Source: Chthonomonadales bacterium
GTDB taxonomy: Bacteria > Armatimonadota > Chthonomonadetes > Chthonomonadales > Chthonomonadaceae
Assembly (NCBI GenBank): GCA_038217285.1
Contig: JBBQPO010000192.1
Location: forward strand, 1 to 11,872
Direction of reading: 5' to 3'
DNA length: 11,872 nucleotides
Both the position numbers and the translations under genes were made by a program. The notes below the pieces were generated by a model that worked only from the letters and a program-made list of their open reading frames with translations, made no database searches and was not told the DNA's origin. Below are positions 8,314-11,872 of this stretch, one piece after another (the stretch's first letter is position 1; every line of letters begins with the position of its first letter).

Positions 8314-9246
8314 ATGAAACCAGAGATAATCACGACAGCGACATTAAAAGCGAGCGACATCCCGCATCCGTATCCTTTTGAAGGCGTCGCCACCCTGGAA
8401 GAGGCGCGGAAGTACTGCGAGCGGCTGGCGAAGTCGCACTACGAGAACTTTCTGGTGGCGGGCGCCTTCTGCCCGAAGCCGCTGCGACAGCATTTCTACA
8501 ACGTCTACGCCTACTGCCGCATCAGCGACGACCTGAGCGATGAGATCGGCGACCCCGCGAAGTCGCTGATCCTGCTCGACTGGTGGGAGGAGGAGTTGGA
8601 CGCCCTGTATGCCGGTGCGCCGCGCCATCCGGTCTTTGTCGCGCTGGCGGAGACGGTGCAGCAGTTCGGCATTCCCGCCGAGCCGTTCCGCGACCTGTTG
8701 GGCGCCTTCCGACAGGATCAGCGCGTGACCCGCTATCCCACTTATGAAGATCTGGTCGGTTACTGTCGCGGCTCCGCGAATCCCGTCGGTCGGCTCGTGC
8801 TCTACCTCTGCGGCTATCAGGACGCCGAGCGCCTCGCCCTCTCCGACAAGACCTGCACGGCGCTGCAGCTCGCCAACTTCTGGCAGGATGTGACGCGCGA
8901 CCTCGTGAAGGACCGCGTCTACATTCCTCTGGAAGACATGGCGCGCTTCGGGTATACTGAGGAATCACTGCTTGCCCGACGCTTCACCCCCGAATTCGCC
9001 GCCTTGATGAAGTTTGAAGTGGAGCGCACCCACACCCTCTTCAACGAGGGGCTGAAACTGACCGAACGGGTGGATCGGCGCGTGCGACTCGACATAGAGA
9101 TGTTCAACCGAGGTGGGCAGGAGGTGCTGCGGCGTATCGAGCAGCAGGGTTACGACACCCTGACCACGCGCCCCGCCGTGCCGAAGAGCCGCCAGATCGC
9201 CCTTTTGATCGGGCGTCTGCTCGCCAATCTGACCGCGAAAAAGTAG
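8314..9246 (+). CDS. hpnC: Squalene synthase HpnC (hydroxysqualene synthase)
   Basis: HYENF motif typical of HpnC, YAYCRISDDLSDE, YCRGSANPVGRLVL, CTALQLANFWQDV-RD; 310 aa from ATG 8314; first gene of a C-D-E cluster. Confidence 0.93.
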   Translation: MKPEIITTATLKASDIPHPYPFEGVATLEEARKYCERLAKSHYENFLVAGAFCPKPLRQHFYNVYAYCRISDDLSDEIGDPAKSLILLDWWEEELDALYAGAPRHPVFVALAETVQQFGIPAEPFRDLLGAFRQDQRVTRYPTYEDLVGYCRGSANPVGRLVLYLCGYQDAERLALSDKTCTALQLANFWQDVTRDLVKDRVYIPLEDMARFGYTEESLLARRFTPEFAALMKFEVERTHTLFNEGLKLTERVDRRVRLDIEMFNRGGQEVLRRIEQQGYDTLTTRPAVPKSRQIALLIGRLLANLTAKK

Positions 9247-9256
9247 AGGACGAACC

Positions 9257-10144
9257 GTGTCTGAACCTCTCACGCCCGAGCGTCTCGCCGAATCTTATCG
9301 CTACTGCGAAATGGTCGCGAAGACGCAGGCCCGTAACTTCTATTTCTCCTTCATGACGCTGCCTCCCGAGCGGAAGGCGGCGATGTGCGCCATCTACGCC
9401 TTCTTTCGCTACAGCGACGATGTCTCTGACGAGGTCGCCGAAGATCGCACCAAAGCCGCCGAGATGCAGGAGTGGCGCGCCGCGCTGGACTGCGCCATGG
9501 AAGGCGACTATGCCGACAGCATGATCCTGCCCGCCTTCCACGACACCGTCCAGACCTACCACATTCCCGGCCGCTACTTCCAGGAGCTGATCGACGGCAC
9601 CGAGATGGACCTCACCAAGACGCGCTACGAGACATGGGAGGAGCTGCATCAGTACTGCTACCGGGTCGCGAGCATCGTAGGGTTCGTCTGCATCCATGTC
9701 TGGGGCTTCGACGAGGCGGACGGCAAGGCGATGGAGTATGCGGAGGCGTGCGGGCTGGCGTTCCAGTTGACCAATATCCTGCGGGATGTGAAGGAGGACG
9801 CCGACCGCGACCGCATCTATCTGCCGCAGGAGGATCTGCGCCGTTTTGGCGTCAGTGAGGACGACCTGAAGCAGGGGCTTCTCACCGACAGCTTCCGCGC
9901 CCTGATGCGGTTCGAGGCGGATCGCGCCAAGGAGTTCTACAAGCAGGCGCATGCGCTCTTCCCGCTGGTCCACACACCTGGTCGCCCAACGCTCTCGATC
10001 ATGCTCAAGATCTATCGCGGCATCCTCGACAGCATCGAGCGCAACGACTACGATGTCCACAGCCGTCGCGCCCGCGTCAGCACCCCGAAGAAACTGGGCA
10101 TCGTCGCCGGAGCCTGGCTCCGCAGCAAGCTCCCGACAGGGTGA
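9257..10144 (+). CDS. hpnD: Presqualene diphosphate synthase HpnD (phytoene/squalene synthase family)
   Basis: NFYFSF, YAFFRYSDDVSDE, YCYRVAS-VG, GLAFQLTNILRDVKED, RIYLPQEDL; GTG start with GAGGA RBS; lies between hpnC and hpnE. Confidence 0.9.
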   Translation: MSEPLTPERLAESYRYCEMVAKTQARNFYFSFMTLPPERKAAMCAIYAFFRYSDDVSDEVAEDRTKAAEMQEWRAALDCAMEGDYADSMILPAFHDTVQTYHIPGRYFQELIDGTEMDLTKTRYETWEELHQYCYRVASIVGFVCIHVWGFDEADGKAMEYAEACGLAFQLTNILRDVKEDADRDRIYLPQEDLRRFGVSEDDLKQGLLTDSFRALMRFEADRAKEFYKQAHALFPLVHTPGRPTLSIMLKIYRGILDSIERNDYDVHSRRARVSTPKKLGIVAGAWLRSKLPTG

Positions 10145-10150
10145 CGCCGC

Positions 10151-11566
10151 ATGCCCTCTAAGTCCGTGCTTATCCTCGGGGGCGGCGTGGCCGGGATCTC
10201 CGCTGCCGTCGCCCTTTCGGACCGTGGCTTCCGCGTCGAGATCGTCGAGAAGCGCCCTCTGCTCGGAGGGCGCGCCTCCTCCTACATCGATCCGGCGACC
10301 GGGGAGCGCCTCGACGAGTGCCAGCACGGCACGATGCGCTGCTGCACCAATCTGTCCGATCTGCTGACGCGCCTGGGCGTGCAGGATCAGATCCGCTACC
10401 ACGACACCCTGCAGTTCCTGGATGGCGACGGCAAACGCTCCGTCATTCAAGGCAGCGTCTTGCCCGCGCCGCTGCACACCGCGCCCTCGTTTCTGCGCTT
10501 CCGGTCGCTGGGCCTACGGGACAAGATCGGCATTGCGCGGGGGATGCTGGCGATGCTGCGCGCCCGCCCCGACCCGAAGCACGACACGATCACGGTGGAA
10601 GAGTGGTTTAAGCAGACAGGGCAGACGGAGCGTGCGGTGCGGCGCTTCTGGGGGCCGATCCTGGTCAGCGCCTGCAACGAGACCAACGACCGCATCGCCT
10701 ACAGCCACGCGCTCAAGATCTTCCGGGACGGCTTCCTGCTCCACCCAACGGCCTTCCACTTCGGGGTTCCCCGCGTACCGCTCGGCTCCCTCTACACCGA
10801 GCCGACCCTGGCCTATCTGGCGAAGCGCGGCGGCGGCGTTCGGCTTCGAACCATTGTCGAAAGCCTCGATTTCGCGACCGAAGGCGCGCCCCGCGTCACC
10901 GGCGTCTCGCTGCGGGATGGGTCGCGTCTGGAAGCCGACTACTACGTGAGCGCGCTCCAGTTTGATCTGCTGCTGAAGCTGCTGCCGGAGGCGGTGACGG
11001 CGAACGTGCCGTACTGGCAGAACCTGCACGGTCTGGAACTCTCGCCGATCTGCGGGGTGCATCTCTGGTTCGACCGCCCGCTGGACTGCCCCGCAGCCCT
11101 CGCCGTCCTCGACCGCGAAACGGAGTGGATCTTCCACAAGAACCGCAATTTCGATCAGCCGGAGGGCACGGGCTCCTATTTGAGCATCGTCATCAGCGCC
11201 TCGCACCGTCTGGTCGGCCTGCCGAAGGAGGAGATCCTGGCGCGGGTGCTCGCCGACGTCCACGCCTGCCTGCCCGACTCCCGGGAGGCGACGCTGCTGC
11301 GGTCGCAGGTCGTGCGTTGGCCCAAGGCCACGCTCTCTCCGAAGCCGGGCGCCGACGCGCTCCGCCCTGACCAGCGCAGCCCGATTGCGAACCTCCTGGT
11401 CGCCGGAGAGTGGACCCGCACGGGCTGGCCCTCCACGATGGAAGGCGCGGCCCGCAGCGGCTACCTTGCGGCCGAGGCCATCCTCGCCGCCGAAGGCCGT
11501 CCCGAAACCCTCCTCGCGCCCGACCTTCCCCGCCCCACCCTCGCCCGCCTCCTCGCCTCGCGCTGA
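10151..11566 (+). CDS. hpnE: Hydroxysqualene dehydroxylase HpnE (FAD-dependent)
   Basis: ILGGGVAGISAA FAD-binding motif, EKRPLLGGRASS, D-CQH, LPAPLH, AGEWT-TGWPSTMEGAARSG; 471 aa; follows hpnCD. Confidence 0.93.
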   Translation: MPSKSVLILGGGVAGISAAVALSDRGFRVEIVEKRPLLGGRASSYIDPATGERLDECQHGTMRCCTNLSDLLTRLGVQDQIRYHDTLQFLDGDGKRSVIQGSVLPAPLHTAPSFLRFRSLGLRDKIGIARGMLAMLRARPDPKHDTITVEEWFKQTGQTERAVRRFWGPILVSACNETNDRIAYSHALKIFRDGFLLHPTAFHFGVPRVPLGSLYTEPTLAYLAKRGGGVRLRTIVESLDFATEGAPRVTGVSLRDGSRLEADYYVSALQFDLLLKLLPEAVTANVPYWQNLHGLELSPICGVHLWFDRPLDCPAALAVLDRETEWIFHKNRNFDQPEGTGSYLSIVISASHRLVGLPKEEILARVLADVHACLPDSREATLLRSQVVRWPKATLSPKPGADALRPDQRSPIANLLVAGEWTRTGWPSTMEGAARSGYLAAEAILAAEGRPETLLAPDLPRPTLARLLASR

Positions 11567-11589
11567 CGAGCGATAGACTCCGCTACCAA

Positions 11590-11872
11590 AAAAAGTTTCT
11601 GTTTGTCGGGATCAGAAGGTCGGGGAACGGGCGTTTCGAAGCTATCGACGATCCCCTTCTCGATCTCACTGGGTTGCCAGGAAGGCGCTTTCTTGGTCCA
11701 GCGTTTCTCGGCTTCGAAGCGATTGGCCGGGCAAACATCGCGCAGCGTGGGCACGATTTCGTGGAAAGTATTCTCGGCGACATCGGCGGAGACGCCGAAG
11801 AGGGCTCCCACGACGGAGAAGGCGACGTTATGACGCAGATAGAGCAGGACCACCAGGACTTCCTGGTAGGGA
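11590..11872 (-). mobile_element. Truncated IS transposase remnant (IS5/ISL2-like: HTH_Tnp_4 plus the start of DDE_Tnp_4), continuing beyond the window
   Basis: Open frame from the window edge: PYQEVLVVLLYLRHNVAFSVVGALFGVS (HTH) ... GIVDSFETPVPRPSDPDKQKLF (first catalytic Asp region). The expected YSGKKK-H motif and the remaining D/E residues are absent, and the frame runs into antisense hpnE. Confidence 0.82.

Noticed and set aside
9104-11263. Long minus-strand ORFs 9104-10477 and 10514-11263
   Set aside because: Antisense to hpnD/hpnE; shadow ORFs with no motifs.

Overview
GC-rich bacterial chromosomal window. Left: a glycolytic operon on the minus strand (gap -> pgk -> tpiA), followed by about 320 bp of hairpin-dense non-coding DNA. 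Middle, accessory-looking (3.5-8.3 kb): a divergently transcribed, probably secreted glycoside-hydrolase-like gene (GH99/GH71-like), a 119-bp second copy of the 5' end of gap directly behind it, a cupin, an orphan antitoxin-like gene with a near-consensus promoter but no toxin, and a P-loop ATPase that appears to carry two in-frame internal deletions. Right: the squalene pathway operon hpnC-hpnD-hpnE, then a truncated DDE transposase remnant running off the window edge. The most unusual item is the gap 5' duplication (3390-3508 vs 6099-6217, 115/119 identical). It brackets the hydrolase gene and the gap promoter as direct repeats, and it would be transcribed antisense to gap mRNA from the hydrolase transcript, whose -10 box overlaps that of gap. 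No CRISPR array, tRNA or rRNA was seen. All family assignments come from motif recognition by eye, not database searches.
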